A stretch of 64,000 bases of DNA, taken from positions 32,001 through 96,000 of the IMG/VR virus record IMGVR_UViG_3300021400_000126. One strand, given 5' to 3'. This DNA is from a virus (taxonomy: Duplodnaviria > Caudoviricetes). This document shows, piece after piece, positions 21,383-32,456 of the stretch. The position numbers and the translations under genes are program-made. The notes below the pieces were generated by a model. That model worked only from the letters and a program-made list of their open reading frames with translations. It ran no database searches and was not told the origin of the DNA. Each line of letters opens with the position of its first letter. Position 1 is the first letter of the stretch.

Positions 21383-21718
21383 ATGAAAATTTTGTATCAA
21401 TCCAATGATGGTTTAATATTTGATTCAGAGTCCCTTTGTTTAAATCATGAAAATTCTTTAATTCATTCAGCTTTATTTTCTATTGTTTTTTACAATAAAA
21501 CTAATACCCCCTATAAAATAGAAAAGAAGGATATTTATAATGATGAAGTATATCAGCAGTGTGAAAAAGTAATAATTCATAACAATAAAGAATTAGATGA
21601 TTTTATGTGGCTAGCTGAGGAATGCGGCTGGTGTGAATTTGAAGATATAAATTCAACAGGGACTTGGATAAGAAAAACAAATAGTTTTAATAGAGGGGAA
21701 TGGGAAAAATATGAATAA
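21383..21718 (+). CDS. hypothetical protein
   Basis: ORF track. Confidence 0.7.
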   Translation: MKILYQSNDGLIFDSESLCLNHENSLIHSALFSIVFYNKTNTPYKIEKKDIYNDEVYQQCEKVIIHNNKELDDFMWLAEECGWCEFEDINSTGTWIRKTNSFNRGEWEKYE

Positions 21719-22052
21719 TAATATTAACAGACAAACGGCGATTGATTTGGTTAAGAACGTATGCAATGCAGCTATGAGCGAGTGCGAAAGCTGGTATGAC
21801 CCAGAAATCAAAGATGAAGTCTATAAAGATATTCGTGAAGTTGATGCCATTTTAAAATGTAATAAGAGAATTAGGATTGCACTGCAAAATATGCTATCCG
21901 CAGAACCAGAAATTATCAGGTGTAAGAACTGTAAGCACTATAGGTCGTATGCAGGTGTAATTGATGGATATTGTGACATGGCTGAATGGTATGGAAGGTT
22001 TCAAAATCCAAATGATTTTTGTAGTAGGGCGAAAAGGAGAATCGATGAGTGA
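21711..22052 (+). CDS. hypothetical protein with C-terminal CKxCKH...FCS Cys cluster
   Basis: motif typical of Clostridia phage accessory genes. Confidence 0.7.
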   Translation: MNNNINRQTAIDLVKNVCNAAMSECESWYDPEIKDEVYKDIREVDAILKCNKRIRIALQNMLSAEPEIIRCKNCKHYRSYAGVIDGYCDMAEWYGRFQNPNDFCSRAKRRIDE

Positions 22053-22374
22053 TTTAATCTATAGACATGAAGCTATAAAAGGCATTCGTTCAATGGATGT
22101 GTGTGTAATATATGATGATATGTGTTCAACAGAAGAGGCTGTAGAAAAGGCTATTGTAGCAACGAAAAGAACTGCGATGTTTGGTCTTGAATGTATGAAC
22201 TCCGCAGAACCGAAGAAGAAAGGGAAGTGGCTTGTTCATGGAGATGTACCTAAAACTTGTTCCTGCTGTCATGAGGATTGGGATAAGTATGTTAATGGGG
22301 ACGTATGGTATACAGATGAATTGCCAAAGTATTGTCCTAACTGCGGAAGTTACAATGGAGGTGAAGAGGAATGA
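22045..22374 (+). CDS. Zn-ribbon protein (KGKW...CS.C...YCPNCG)
   Basis: AGGAG RBS before MSDLIYR. Confidence 0.7.
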   Translation: MSDLIYRHEAIKGIRSMDVCVIYDDMCSTEEAVEKAIVATKRTAMFGLECMNSAEPKKKGKWLVHGDVPKTCSCCHEDWDKYVNGDVWYTDELPKYCPNCGSYNGGEEE

Positions 22375-22763
22375 AAATCAGAAATTATGAAATAAAAAGA
22401 AAATGCAATGACCCAAGATTCATCGTTTGGAATTCATGGAGGCGAAGAGAAGTGAGTAATAAGGACACCATATACAGACAGGATGCAATCAAATATTTTG
22501 CCGAATTATGGGAATGTATCGAAACTATTAGTGATAGAGAAGAATGGGAAGATGTTTGTGTTACCACTATGAACGAAATAAAATCCGCAGAATCTGAACG
22601 GAAGAAAGGGTATTGGATAAAAAAAGAGCCAACAATTAAAGAATTGCACGGATGTTATTACGAATGTTCTAAATGCCATAAATTTTCTTTACCATTTCAA
22701 AAATTAAATTTCTGCCCAAACTGTGGTGCAGATATGAGAGGTGAGCAGAATGATACAGATTGA
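22371..22763 (+). CDS. Zn-ribbon protein (FCPNCGADM)
   Basis: motif; mosaic with 24385 and 24675. Confidence 0.7.
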   Translation: MKIRNYEIKRKCNDPRFIVWNSWRRREVSNKDTIYRQDAIKYFAELWECIETISDREEWEDVCVTTMNEIKSAESERKKGYWIKKEPTIKELHGCYYECSKCHKFSLPFQKLNFCPNCGADMRGEQNDTD

Positions 22764-23040
22764 TATAGAAAAGCCGAATCATTGCTTACATTGCCCCATG
22801 TGTAATGGCGATGACAATTGTGTGTTAATACAAGAGATTGATACTTCATGGGATTGGGAAGAACAGTATGCTAATTGTCCACTGCAAAAGGTTGAACCAG
22901 AACGGAAGAAAGGGAAGTGGATAGACACTGGAAGTGGTCAGGAATGTTCTGAGTGCCACGAAATCCAATATGGGTACGATAGTTTTCGATACTTTTGTGC
23001 ATTTTGCGGAGCGGACATGAGAGAAGGTGAAGAAAAATGA
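22741..23040 (+). CDS. Zn-ribbon protein
   Basis: KGKW...CSEC...FCAFCGADM. Confidence 0.7.
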   Translation: MSRMIQIDIEKPNHCLHCPMCNGDDNCVLIQEIDTSWDWEEQYANCPLQKVEPERKKGKWIDTGSGQECSECHEIQYGYDSFRYFCAFCGADMREGEEK

Positions 23041-23375
23041 GATTGATTGATGCAGATGAAATAAGAATTAAACCAGAATATATGCATGATATATGTGGCT
23101 CAGTGATGATTAGGGTTGAGGACGTAGCAAGAATCATAAGCGAAATGCCTACTATCAACCCACAACCGCACTGGACTCCCTGCAATGGGAAAAAGCCAAA
23201 TCTTTCACAAGAAGTATTGATGTCGGACGAATTTGATACAGTTCGTGTAGGTAGTTTAGAAAAATACGTTGATGGAGATTATTATTGGGAAGATAGTCAT
23301 GGATATTTTTATGATGTCGATGATTGGGTGGCTTGGATGCCACTCCCAAAACCATATAAGGAGGAAGAAGAATGA
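23037..23375 (+). CDS. DUF551-like protein
   Basis: MRLIDAD N-terminus, VAWMPLPKPY C-terminus. Confidence 0.7.
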   Translation: MRLIDADEIRIKPEYMHDICGSVMIRVEDVARIISEMPTINPQPHWTPCNGKKPNLSQEVLMSDEFDTVRVGSLEKYVDGDYYWEDSHGYFYDVDDWVAWMPLPKPYKEEEE

Positions 23376-23926
23376 AATATATAGTTGACCTGCCAGATGC
23401 ATACACCTCAGAATCTGCATTATTTGGTGATATTCTTAGTATTCCAATCTGTCTTGAAGGTGGTAAACGCTATGGGATTCCAACTGGAATTAAATTAGAA
23501 CCATACACCGAGCCTGACAGAGAAGCTATAGAAGATGAGGTATGGGAGTTTGCGAGAAAAGTCGAATATATGGACATCAGAGAAAGAGAAGAAGCATTTA
23601 ATATCCATTACCCATTCAACCAGATGTCTTACAAAGAAGCTAAGTCCAAATACGAAGTATGGAAGAGAACCAAAGAGATTCGTGTGGGCGATGAGGTTGA
23701 GTATGATAAGAGAGGAAGAATAATGTGTAATCACGAATTGAAAAGGCTTTTTTATACAAGTGATGATGATTATGATATTCAATCCTGTAGAGTTGAATTA
23801 GAGAATGAAAAGGATAAATACACTTTATGTTACTGTGAAAAATGTGGCCAAGTTTTTGTAATGGAAATTACTGAAAAAAAGAATGAATCACTAGCGAAAC
23901 CTATATTTGTCAAGTGCAAGGAGTAG
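23372..23926 (+). CDS. hypothetical protein, IRVGDEV family
   Basis: paralog of 25211..25732. Confidence 0.7.
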   Translation: MKYIVDLPDAYTSESALFGDILSIPICLEGGKRYGIPTGIKLEPYTEPDREAIEDEVWEFARKVEYMDIREREEAFNIHYPFNQMSYKEAKSKYEVWKRTKEIRVGDEVEYDKRGRIMCNHELKRLFYTSDDDYDIQSCRVELENEKDKYTLCYCEKCGQVFVMEITEKKNESLAKPIFVKCKE

Positions 23927-24384
23927 AAACATCGCCATTATGAGAAAGGATGAACAGGATGAAACTTGAAATTCCAATAAAAGTAGATTTTGATGATATT
24001 CAAGACATGGTTGACGAAATTAAAAGATTATAGACATACAAGCTGTTCGAAGGCGATGATATGGTGCTTGTTGATCTCAATGCTGTGGTTGCTATTATAG
24101 TAAATCATATCAAGACAACATATAATTCTTCGGAATCTCCGAATGATTGGATATCATATACACTTGAAATAATGCCAGAAGAAGGTGAAAAAGACTATTA
24201 AGATGAATAAATTAATTCACACATTTAAAAATCCTAGTTTTGAAATAACTTTTACTTTTCGTAAAACCTATATAAACAAAGAACTTATATGCGATATGTT
24301 AGGAATTACAGGATATAAAAGAACTGAAATATTATTCCCTAAAAAGAAAAAAAGAGGAAGTAAAAGAAGAAGGAGAAAAACAAA

Positions 24385-24678
24385 ATGAATAATAAAGATA
24401 CTATATACAGACAGAATGCAATAGATGCAGTAGTAGAGTTATGTAAGCATTATACGCCTACAAAAAGCGTCAAGCATCCACACATTGATTTTGTCATAGA
24501 AGAACTAAATAATGTACCATCTGTACCGCTAGAACGCAAGAAAGGAAAGTGGATATATTACAACCATAACGGTTTTAAGTGTTCAAGATGTGGTAGTTAT
24601 CTAGAGATTGAATGCGGTGATGTAAAAATGAACTTCTGTCCTAACTGTGGAAGTTACAATGGGAATGAAGAGGAATGA
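24385..24678 (+). CDS. Zn-ribbon protein (FCPNCG)
   Basis: motif. Confidence 0.7.
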   Translation: MNNKDTIYRQNAIDAVVELCKHYTPTKSVKHPHIDFVIEELNNVPSVPLERKKGKWIYYNHNGFKCSRCGSYLEIECGDVKMNFCPNCGSYNGNEEE

Positions 24679-24890
24679 AAATAAGAAATTATGAAATAAA
24701 AAGAAAATGCAGTGATCCGAGATTCCTTGTTGTTATAACTTGTCAAGGACAGTCATTTTACTATTGCTATCAAGGTCTTGCAGGTGCGGTTGTTGGTTAC
24801 TGCAAACAGTATCTTACAAAAAAGAAGTACGGAACAATGAATTTTAAACTGCGTGAGGTGCTGGTTACCGATGATTTTGAGGAGGACTAA
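24675..24890 (+). CDS. hypothetical protein
   Basis: N-terminus duplicated at 22371. Confidence 0.65.
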   Translation: MKIRNYEIKRKCSDPRFLVVITCQGQSFYYCYQGLAGAVVGYCKQYLTKKKYGTMNFKLREVLVTDDFEED

Positions 24891-25199
24891 ATGACAGACA
24901 TTAGATTTTACATACCTGAAGATGAAACAATACCAACAGATTTGTGTTTGTATGTAGGAGATGTGTATGTCACATACAAAAGAATCCAAGGTGGATTCAG
25001 ATTTCACATTTCTCTTGATGATGAAGAAAAAGCTATGGAAGTAGCGAAAGAAATTATTCAGCAGATGAAGTTAGATCACGATGAACCGCAACACGGAGTA
25101 TCATGGAGAACAGTTTCAATAGAGGTTGTTCCACAAGAAGAAAGATATAAATTTGGCACGATAATTGATTGGAAGTACAGAGTGAGAGACTCTTATTGA
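24891..25199 (+). CDS. hypothetical protein
   Basis: GGAGG RBS. Confidence 0.7.
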   Translation: MTDIRFYIPEDETIPTDLCLYVGDVYVTYKRIQGGFRFHISLDDEEKAMEVAKEIIQQMKLDHDEPQHGVSWRTVSIEVVPQEERYKFGTIIDWKYRVRDSY

Positions 25200-25210
25200 A
25201 GGAGGACTAA

Positions 25211-25732
25211 ATGGCAAAATATATAATTGATATACCAGACGATAGAATTGGGGATTTTGTAGGAAGTACACATTTACTAATGCCTTATACAATGGCAGAA
25301 CATAAAGGGCATCACGATACAGGCTTAAATCTGACTCCCTATACCGAGCCAGACCGCAAGGCTATTGAGGATGAGGTTTGGGAATTTGCACGAAAAATGA
25401 TATCAACAAGTGAAAACGAAATGTCAGAAATGTGGAGATATACGACAAATTTTGGTGAGGTAATACATAACACAACTTACTCCGAAGCAAAAGCCAAATA
25501 CGAAAAATGGCGAAAACAGAAAGATGAGATTCGTGTGGGGGATGAAGTTATATATAATTCACGCATGAGAGCTGTTGTATTGAAACCAGAAACTGGAGAA
25601 AGTTACGGCACAATTCTTACAAGTGAATTTTCTACAATTATTGTTTCTCATGATGAATTAGAGAAAACAGGGAAGCATTTTCCAGAGGTTGTAAAACTAC
25701 TAAAGAAGATAAGAGAAGATAAAGAGAAATAA
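25211..25732 (+). CDS. hypothetical protein, IRVGDEV family
   Basis: paralogy, RBS. Confidence 0.7.
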   Translation: MAKYIIDIPDDRIGDFVGSTHLLMPYTMAEHKGHHDTGLNLTPYTEPDRKAIEDEVWEFARKMISTSENEMSEMWRYTTNFGEVIHNTTYSEAKAKYEKWRKQKDEIRVGDEVIYNSRMRAVVLKPETGESYGTILTSEFSTIIVSHDELEKTGKHFPEVVKLLKKIREDKEK

Positions 25733-25997
25733 TAGTTAAAGGTATAGAGATGCCAAAATGAAAATAATTATTTATCCAAATCGTGTTGAAGGAAATATTG
25801 ACAATTTAACTGAAGAAGAAAAAATTGCTCTAGAATATTTATTGGATATGATGGCCGCAATTAAACAACAAATTCTTTTAAGAAAGGCTTTGTTCAAAAA
25901 GGAGAATAAAAATATTTTTTAATTAAAGCTGCTAACCGCAGCTTTATTTTTTTAAAAAATTTTGATATAATATTTATAGAATAAAGAAAGGGAAAAG

Positions 25998-26921
25998 GTG
26001 ATAGGTATGGAAAAATTCTTTGTAGCGGATTCTTATAAGGATATGGAAGTAGTTGGAGAGCCTTTTGAGAACGCAAAAGGTAAAAAGGTGGTAAAAGTTA
26101 GAGGTAAATGTGATAAGTGCGGCGGCCTGGGAATCATCGTTTCAAGAATTGAAAATGGCAGACCTATTCCAATTCCTGTTGATAATGGGATTTGCTATAA
26201 GTGCGGTGGAACTAAGTTTATAACCAAGACTGTACGAGCTTATACTGAAAAAGAATATAATGCTATGCAGAGAGTCAAACAGCGTTTAAGAGAAGGGGCT
26301 GAGGCGGCTGCCGCAGCTAGAAAACAGAAATTACTCGACAATGCTGCAGAATATAAGCATCAGGTTGCTTTAAAATTAGGTTTTGGTGAGGATGAAAAGG
26401 CTTATCTTGTATATGGAGATGATACCTACGCCATTAAAGATGAACTTAAAAAGATGGGAGCAAGATTTGACCCAACTTTAAAATGGTTTTTCTCTTCAAA
26501 AGTAGAGTTACCTGAAGGTTATAACCTTTGTGAATTTAGTTTTGATGAGTTATATGATTATAAACCCATGATTAAATGGGCAGACTTCAAAGAAGATGCC
26601 CCCAATATTGTGCGGAAACGCATAGATAAATTAAAAGGTCCGTCCACTTCTATCTTTTATCCTGCTAATGAAAAAGATAGAATCCGCAACATCACCGCAA
26701 AAGTAAAGAGCATCCGCGGTTTTGAAGGATACTATGGATATACGAATATCTATACATTCACTTCTGAGGATTATGTTTTTGTGTGGATGACCTCAAAATA
26801 TCTTGAAATTGAAGCAGGAGATACTATTGACTTAACAGGAACTATTAAAAAATTTGATGAATATGCAGGCATTAATCAGACTTATTTAACTCGTTGTATT
26901 GTTAAAAAAATTGAACAATAA
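25998..26921 (+). CDS. protein with DnaJ-type CxxCxG Zn finger and probable C-terminal OB fold
   Basis: CDKCGGLG, CYKCGG; IKDELKKMGARFDP..KW; LTGTIKKFDEY.G..QT.LTRC. Confidence 0.7.
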   Translation: MIGMEKFFVADSYKDMEVVGEPFENAKGKKVVKVRGKCDKCGGLGIIVSRIENGRPIPIPVDNGICYKCGGTKFITKTVRAYTEKEYNAMQRVKQRLREGAEAAAAARKQKLLDNAAEYKHQVALKLGFGEDEKAYLVYGDDTYAIKDELKKMGARFDPTLKWFFSSKVELPEGYNLCEFSFDELYDYKPMIKWADFKEDAPNIVRKRIDKLKGPSTSIFYPANEKDRIRNITAKVKSIRGFEGYYGYTNIYTFTSEDYVFVWMTSKYLEIEAGDTIDLTGTIKKFDEYAGINQTYLTRCIVKKIEQ

Positions 26922-27015
26922 TCTCTCATAAATCAATAGGAGAAATCTCCTATTGATTTTTTTATAAAAATATGATATAATTATATATATAAAGAAAAAA
27001 GAGAGGTTTTTTCTT

Positions 27016-27732
27016 ATGATTTTTAATAATGAGTTAGTTGACAATATTTTAAATGCGGTATTTCCTTTACCAGAAAAATTTGGTATAGTATTATATGCTA
27101 ATAAATATGAAGAAGATGAATTACTTCAAGATATAGAATATAATATTAAACAAATTGACCCTATGGCATCTATTGAATATGGAATGTCAAAAATGGTAAT
27201 TATGTCTCCAAGGTTGAAAAATGTTGTTATTAAAATTCCTTTTAATGGATGTTTTGAGGAGGAACTGGATTTATATACCGCAAAGCGTAAAAAAGTATGG
27301 GAACCTTTCTCTTGGGCTCCCTGCTCCAATACTTCTGACTATTGTTTAGCAGAATTTGAAAAATTCGATAGACTAAAAACATATGATTTAGATTGTTTTG
27401 TAGCAAAAACGATTTATTATAAAAATATTTTTGATACAAACGTTTTTATTCAAGAGCAAGTCATTCCTGTGAATTATTCTGAAAAGATTTATAAACCATC
27501 AAAAAAATCTCGTGACATTGCTGAAAAATGGCATGAAGAAGAAAAAGTTTATATGGATACTGATTGGATAGCAAATTGCATTGATAAATATGGACAATCA
27601 AAAGTAGAAAGATTTTTAAATTATTGTGAAAATATAGACCCTGATATATTAGAAGACACGCATGGTGGGAACTATGGATACAGGAATGATGGAACTCCCG
27701 CGCTTCTTGATTTTTCTAATTTTTTAGATTAA
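27016..27732 (+). CDS. protein-kinase-like fold protein
   Basis: VVIKIP, AE, DTHGGNYG catalytic loop, LLDF. Confidence 0.7.
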   Translation: MIFNNELVDNILNAVFPLPEKFGIVLYANKYEEDELLQDIEYNIKQIDPMASIEYGMSKMVIMSPRLKNVVIKIPFNGCFEEELDLYTAKRKKVWEPFSWAPCSNTSDYCLAEFEKFDRLKTYDLDCFVAKTIYYKNIFDTNVFIQEQVIPVNYSEKIYKPSKKSRDIAEKWHEEEKVYMDTDWIANCIDKYGQSKVERFLNYCENIDPDILEDTHGGNYGYRNDGTPALLDFSNFLD

Positions 27733-27742
27733 GGAGGTAAAA

Positions 27743-28246
27743 ATGAGTCGTTCACCTTTCTTTTTTGTTGAAAGATTTGATAAAAACACTAAAAAATATG
27801 AAATTCAACATCCTATTATATGGAATTATAATCATACCAAGCAAGAAATGGCGGATTTGTTTCCTTACAATGGACACCATGACCTTTTCTCTATTGTAGA
27901 AAAAAGAGATGATTTTCCGCACATGTGGGGAATTCATCAGGATTTACCAAAAGATGTTGCATTAGAAATAAAGAAAGCCTATGATGATTGTAGTTATGAA
28001 AGTGAATACGCAAATGAAAAACATCTTTATACGCCCACCGCTCGTTGGTTTACTTATGCGGATATGTATATTTATTACTTAGAACATCCAGAAGTTCTTG
28101 ACCATGACTCATTTGATGAAAAAGTTATGATACCAAATCCTATTAAAAGTCTTATAAATCGAGTTAATGCTTTTCTTGAGGTTATGGATGAATGGGGCTG
28201 GAGAGAGGATTATAGTTTAATTAGAATTGTCTATTGGATTTGTTAA
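27743..28246 (+). CDS. hypothetical protein
   Basis: AAGGAGG RBS. Confidence 0.7.
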   Translation: MSRSPFFFVERFDKNTKKYEIQHPIIWNYNHTKQEMADLFPYNGHHDLFSIVEKRDDFPHMWGIHQDLPKDVALEIKKAYDDCSYESEYANEKHLYTPTARWFTYADMYIYYLEHPEVLDHDSFDEKVMIPNPIKSLINRVNAFLEVMDEWGWREDYSLIRIVYWIC

Positions 28247-28487
28247 GGAGGTTTTTATGGATCGTTGTATTTATCAGAAATCTTACCCCAATATTTCCTT
28301 TGGTCCAAGAGAAGTATGGTGTGAATTAGGTATTAATAAAAAATGTGAAAATTGTGTTTACTATTGTTCAAAAGAGGATTATGAAGATAATCAAGTAGAT
28401 TATGAATACGAAAGATATAAGGACTCTCTTGATTATTAAAAAAAATTATGATATAATATATATATAAGATAAAGGAAGGGTGATTTT

Positions 28488-28739
28488 ATGAGTAAGGAAC
28501 TTTGGTATTGGGAGTATATTTTAAAAATTTGGAATAGTGTTGATGACCAGGAAGAGTTTAGGTCAGGAGTAGTTGCGGCAACCAGTTTTTCAGAAGCAGC
28601 AGATTTAATTGAGCAGTATTATGGCGATGAAATTATGGATATTGAAACATTAAAACCTATTGTTGATACTGTTTTTGATTTTGATGAAGTTAGAGAAGAT
28701 GACTCTTTTGATTTTCATATTAATGAAAAGGGGTATTAA
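28488..28739 (+). CDS. hypothetical protein
   Basis: promoter, RBS. Confidence 0.65.
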   Translation: MSKELWYWEYILKIWNSVDDQEEFRSGVVAATSFSEAADLIEQYYGDEIMDIETLKPIVDTVFDFDEVREDDSFDFHINEKGY

Positions 28740-28742
28740 ATA

Positions 28743-28952
28743 ATGAATAGTTATTATTTTTATATGGCGGAAGCTGAAGGTTTATTACCTACTCGCACTG
28801 GTAAATTAAATGCCGTTATTGCAGATGTTAAAAAATATCCTGAACCAAGTATTGATATTTATCACTTTGAACAAATTCTAAATAAACATGGATTAACTTA
28901 TAATCAACTTACTAGAAAAGAATTAAACTATATTGAAAATGGTATTCGTTAA
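28743..28952 (+). CDS. hypothetical protein
   Basis: ORF track. Confidence 0.6.
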   Translation: MNSYYFYMAEAEGLLPTRTGKLNAVIADVKKYPEPSIDIYHFEQILNKHGLTYNQLTRKELNYIENGIR

Positions 28953-29031
28953 TTTGAAAAAATAAAAAATTTTTGATATAATAAGTATATAAAGAATAAG
29001 AAAGAGCATTTTTTAAAGGAGATATGATTTT

Positions 29032-29421
29032 ATGGAAAATACAGTAAAAAAGACAAAGGCTATGTATTTTGCAGAGTTAAAAGATATGGTAATGGAAGCA
29101 GAGGAAATTACAGATGAGCTTAAGGATGAATTAGTTGATTTCCTTGATAAGCAGGTCGAGGCTATTGAAAAAAGAAAAGCGGCAGCTGCCGCAAGAGCAG
29201 AAAAGAAGAAAGCAGAATCTGACGCTCTTACAGATGCAATTTTTGCCGTTATGACTGAAGAGCTTATGACAGCAGATGAAATTATGGACGCCCTTGAGGA
29301 TGAAACCGCCACAAAGAATAAGGTTACTGCAAGATTAACTAAGTTAATTAACGCAGAAAAGGTTGTAAAAGAGACTATTAAAGTAGATGGTAAAAGGAGA
29401 ATGGCTTATAAGTTAGCCTAA
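29032..29421 (+). CDS. winged-HTH protein related to the MTKREMF family
   Basis: TKAMYFAEL...KVTARLTKLI..KVVKE. Confidence 0.75.
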   Translation: MENTVKKTKAMYFAELKDMVMEAEEITDELKDELVDFLDKQVEAIEKRKAAAAARAEKKKAESDALTDAIFAVMTEELMTADEIMDALEDETATKNKVTARLTKLINAEKVVKETIKVDGKRRMAYKLA

Positions 29422-29474
29422 TACTACTAAACGAAAGGGTGGGAATTGTCCCACCCTTCAAGCTAGGAGAAAAT

Positions 29475-30266
29475 ATGTTTTGTTTAAATTATTATCCTTT
29501 TTAGAAATATATTTAGGATGCTGAATAGTTAAAGATTAAATATCGTGCGGCAGACCGCACTTTAGAAGATTTTTTAAAAAAGTATCAAGATAAAAGTATT
29601 GTTATTAAAATTTAGGAACCTTTTGAAGATACTGACGCGGTTTTGTTAAAAGGTTTATTTGATAAATATCAAAATCTTAAACTTATTATAGATTTTGATT
29701 ATAAATAGGGTTTATCTTTAATTCAATAGTATCAGATTCCATTTTTCTTCTCTAATCCTGTTGGTTCTATTGATATATTATATGGTTTTTTAAAATATCA
29801 GCCTACAGATATGTATATTTGTGAAGAATTAGGATTTTTTCTTGATAAAGTTAGTAAAATATTGCATAAAAATAATATAAAAGTACGAGTTTATCCAAAT
29901 ATATGCCAATCTAGCTTTTCTGATACCCCTAGTTTAAAAACATTTTTTATTAGACCAGATGATATTCCTGTTTATAAGGTTTTTGTTGATGTTTTTGAAC
30001 TTATATCAGATCCAGAACGTCAATAGGTCTTATATAAAATATATAAAAACGAAAAGTGGTTTGGAAAAATTAATGAAATTATTCCTTCTTTTAAAGATGA
30101 ACTAGATAACAAATATTTATTCAATACTTCTTTTGGTGTAATTAGGAGTAGTTGCGGGAAAAGATGTTTATATAAACCTGGAACCTGTGATATATGTAAT
30201 CGTTTTATTGATGTTGCAAAAACACTTGAAAATAAACATATAGTTGTTTTAAAACGTAAGAAATAA
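29475..30266 (+). CDS. 263-aa hypothetical protein (TAG read-through; weak U32-like resemblance)
   Basis: AGGAG RBS; frame continuous through several TAGs; C-terminal C..C...C..C cluster. Confidence 0.65.
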
Positions 30267-30328
30267 ATTTGATTTTTTTATTATTTTTTGATATAATATA
30301 AATATAAAAAATAAAGAGGTATAAATGG

Positions 30329-30640
30329 ATGGCGGCAAAAGGTAGTATTTTAAAGAAAGAAATTGCTAATAAAATTCTTGAGATATTTCCTAATAGCTTT
30401 TTATATAATAATGATAAAGAGATTAGAATTAACGGGAATGAGAATGGAGAAGAGTTGCAGATAAAAGTAACTTTTACAACTGCAAAAACAAAGGTTGAAA
30501 ATGAAAATATTTTATTTTCAGACAATAATAGTTCAACCCCCATGAAACCAACAGAAAACGTGGTTGAAAAACATCCTCAGGAGCCAACTCAAGAAGAGAA
30601 AGAAAGATTAACTTTTTTATTAGATAAGTTAGGATTATAA
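30329..30640 (+). CDS. hypothetical phage protein
   Basis: promoter, RBS. Confidence 0.7.
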   Translation: MAAKGSILKKEIANKILEIFPNSFLYNNDKEIRINGNENGEELQIKVTFTTAKTKVENENILFSDNNSSTPMKPTENVVEKHPQEPTQEEKERLTFLLDKLGL

Positions 30641-30937
30641 ATGAATAAAAAGCCTCATTTATATAAATTAACCACTTGGGAATCTTATAAAAAATGGTTT
30701 ATTAATGATGTTACAAATCTAAGCGGAGTTTCTTCAAAGTGGTATGTGCCGATGCGAATTTTGGATATTTCTATTGAAGATTATATTTACTTATTAAAAA
30801 AATTTAATGCAAAAGGAATATCTTATTATGCTCCAACAGATTTTTTAAGTTTTTATTTTTCAAAAGAAAAAGATGCAAAGAAATTTTGTTCATATGTTAA
30901 TAATATAGCTAGAGCAAAACAGTATTATTGTATATAA
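30641..30937 (+). CDS. hypothetical protein
   Basis: ORF track. Confidence 0.65.
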   Translation: MNKKPHLYKLTTWESYKKWFINDVTNLSGVSSKWYVPMRILDISIEDYIYLLKKFNAKGISYYAPTDFLSFYFSKEKDAKKFCSYVNNIARAKQYYCI

Positions 30938-30949
30938 TAGGAGTTTGAA

Positions 30950-31837
30950 ATGATTCAGAATAGTGCAGATGTTTTAGATTTTGAAATAGAAAATGATGAT
31001 AATAATAATGATATTATTCCAAACTCAATAAAAATATATCTAAGAGAAATAGGTAAATATCCACTATTAACGCGGGAAGAGGAGAATAAAATCGCTACCG
31101 CCGCATTAAGTGGTGATTCAGAGGCAAAAGAAAAATTAATTAATCATAATTTAAGATTGGTTGTTTCTATTGCCAAAAGGTATATGGGAAGAGGTTTAAA
31201 TTTATTAGATTTAATTCAAGAAGGTAATGTGGGGCTTATTAAAGCTGTAGAGAGATTTGATGTATCAAAGGGTTTTAAATTTTCCACATACGCAACCTAT
31301 TGGATTAAACAATCTATTTCTTATGCTATTGCAGACCAAACTAGAAATATTCGTATTCCTCCACATATTATAAAATTAATTAATAGCATACAAAGGGTTG
31401 AACAAAATCTTTTACAAGAGAAAAAAAGAAAGCCAACACAAGAAGAAGTAGCAAAAATACTAAATATAGATATTAAAAAAATTAAAAATGCATATTCTTG
31501 GATTAAAGATACTACTTCTTTAGATATAGTAATTGGAAATGATGAAGATGCTACTATTGGTTCTTTAATTGAAGATAAATCAACTGAATCTGATTTTCTT
31601 TCAATAGAAAAAAAAGAAACTTCTGAGGTAATAGAAAATGTCCTTAATACTCTTAGTGAAAGAGAAAAAACCGTCATTATAAAAAGGTTTGGATTAGGGG
31701 GACATAAGGCAGAAACCTTAGATGAAATAGGAAAAACTTTAGGTTTGAGTAAAGAAAGAATTCGTCAGATAGAAAACTCTGCTTTAAGAAAACTTAGGAA
31801 TCCGCGGCGAGCACGAATTCTAAAAGAAATTTTTTGA
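30950..31837 (+). CDS. RpoD/SigA-like sigma-70 factor (regions 1.2-4, no region 1.1)
   Basis: [68 protein letters not shown]. Confidence 0.95.
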   Translation: MIQNSADVLDFEIENDDNNNDIIPNSIKIYLREIGKYPLLTREEENKIATAALSGDSEAKEKLINHNLRLVVSIAKRYMGRGLNLLDLIQEGNVGLIKAVERFDVSKGFKFSTYATYWIKQSISYAIADQTRNIRIPPHIIKLINSIQRVEQNLLQEKKRKPTQEEVAKILNIDIKKIKNAYSWIKDTTSLDIVIGNDEDATIGSLIEDKSTESDFLSIEKKETSEVIENVLNTLSEREKTVIIKRFGLGGHKAETLDEIGKTLGLSKERIRQIENSALRKLRNPRRARILKEIF

Positions 31838-31900
31838 TTTTTTTAAAAATTTTTGTTATAATATATAAGTAAGATAAATAATATTTATTTATTTTATAAA

Positions 31901-32063
31901 TTTACGGTCACATAAGACCTAAAAATGGACGTTAGCATGGATTAGAGTTAAACTACCACTGGCATAACCAAATATTCAGGACTTTGATTGTTTCTAAACA
32001 GCCCGCCTGGAGGCGTATGATATGTGGCTTTGTGACAAACGTCTAATAAAGAGGCAAAGTAAA
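31901..32063 (+). ncRNA. putative structured RNA A
   Basis: follows a promoter; helices GTCACA/TGTGAC and GACGTT/AACGTC; shares motifs with 33461..33639. Confidence 0.45.
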
Positions 32064-32089
32064 CTCAATTTAAGAAACAGGTGATATAA

Positions 32090-32263
32090 ATGAAAGTTTT
32101 AATAAAATGTGAACGATGCGGAAGATATATTTATAATACAGACGCAGTTAATATTACTATTAATAATAAAGAGTCTTATAATGTATGTAAATCTTGTTCT
32201 AATTATTTTAATAACTGGTTAAAAGGAAGAAAAAATTTAGGAGTTATTGAAGTTAAAAATTAA
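32090..32263 (+). CDS. small Zn-finger protein (CERC...CKSC)
   Basis: AGGTG RBS, 57 aa. Confidence 0.6.
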   Translation: MKVLIKCERCGRYIYNTDAVNITINNKESYNVCKSCSNYFNNWLKGRKNLGVIEVKN

Positions 32264-32270
32264 AATTTTA

Positions 32271-32369
32271 AAGACAGTTACAGCAAAAATATTACAATGT
32301 AGTGGTTTACAAATTGACTATTAATCAATCTTCGCTGGTTCGAATCCAGCATTGTTACGAAACTGTCTT
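32271..32369 (+). ncRNA. ACAGCAA-motif RNA copy 1, enclosing a tRNA-like module
   Basis: closing stem AAGACAGTT/AACTGTCTT; inner ACAATG/CATTGT, ATTGA-CTATTAA-TCAAT and GCTGG-TTCGAAT-CCAGC. Confidence 0.7.
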
Positions 32370-32374
32370 GATAA

Positions 32375-32449
32375 GGCCCCTTCGTCTAATAGGCTTAGGA
32401 CACGATCCTTTCACGGTCGTAATGTGGGGTTCAAATCCCCCAGGGGTCA
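32375..32449 (+). tRNA. tRNA-Glu(TTC)
   Basis: cloverleaf, loop CT-TTC-AC. Confidence 0.9.
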
Positions 32450-32456
32450 TTTCTTT

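Noticed and set aside
32293-32358. Functional tRNA-Asn(ATT)
   Set aside because: Reduced D arm, A34, and enclosed in another helix; a normal Asn(GTT) gene exists at 33165.
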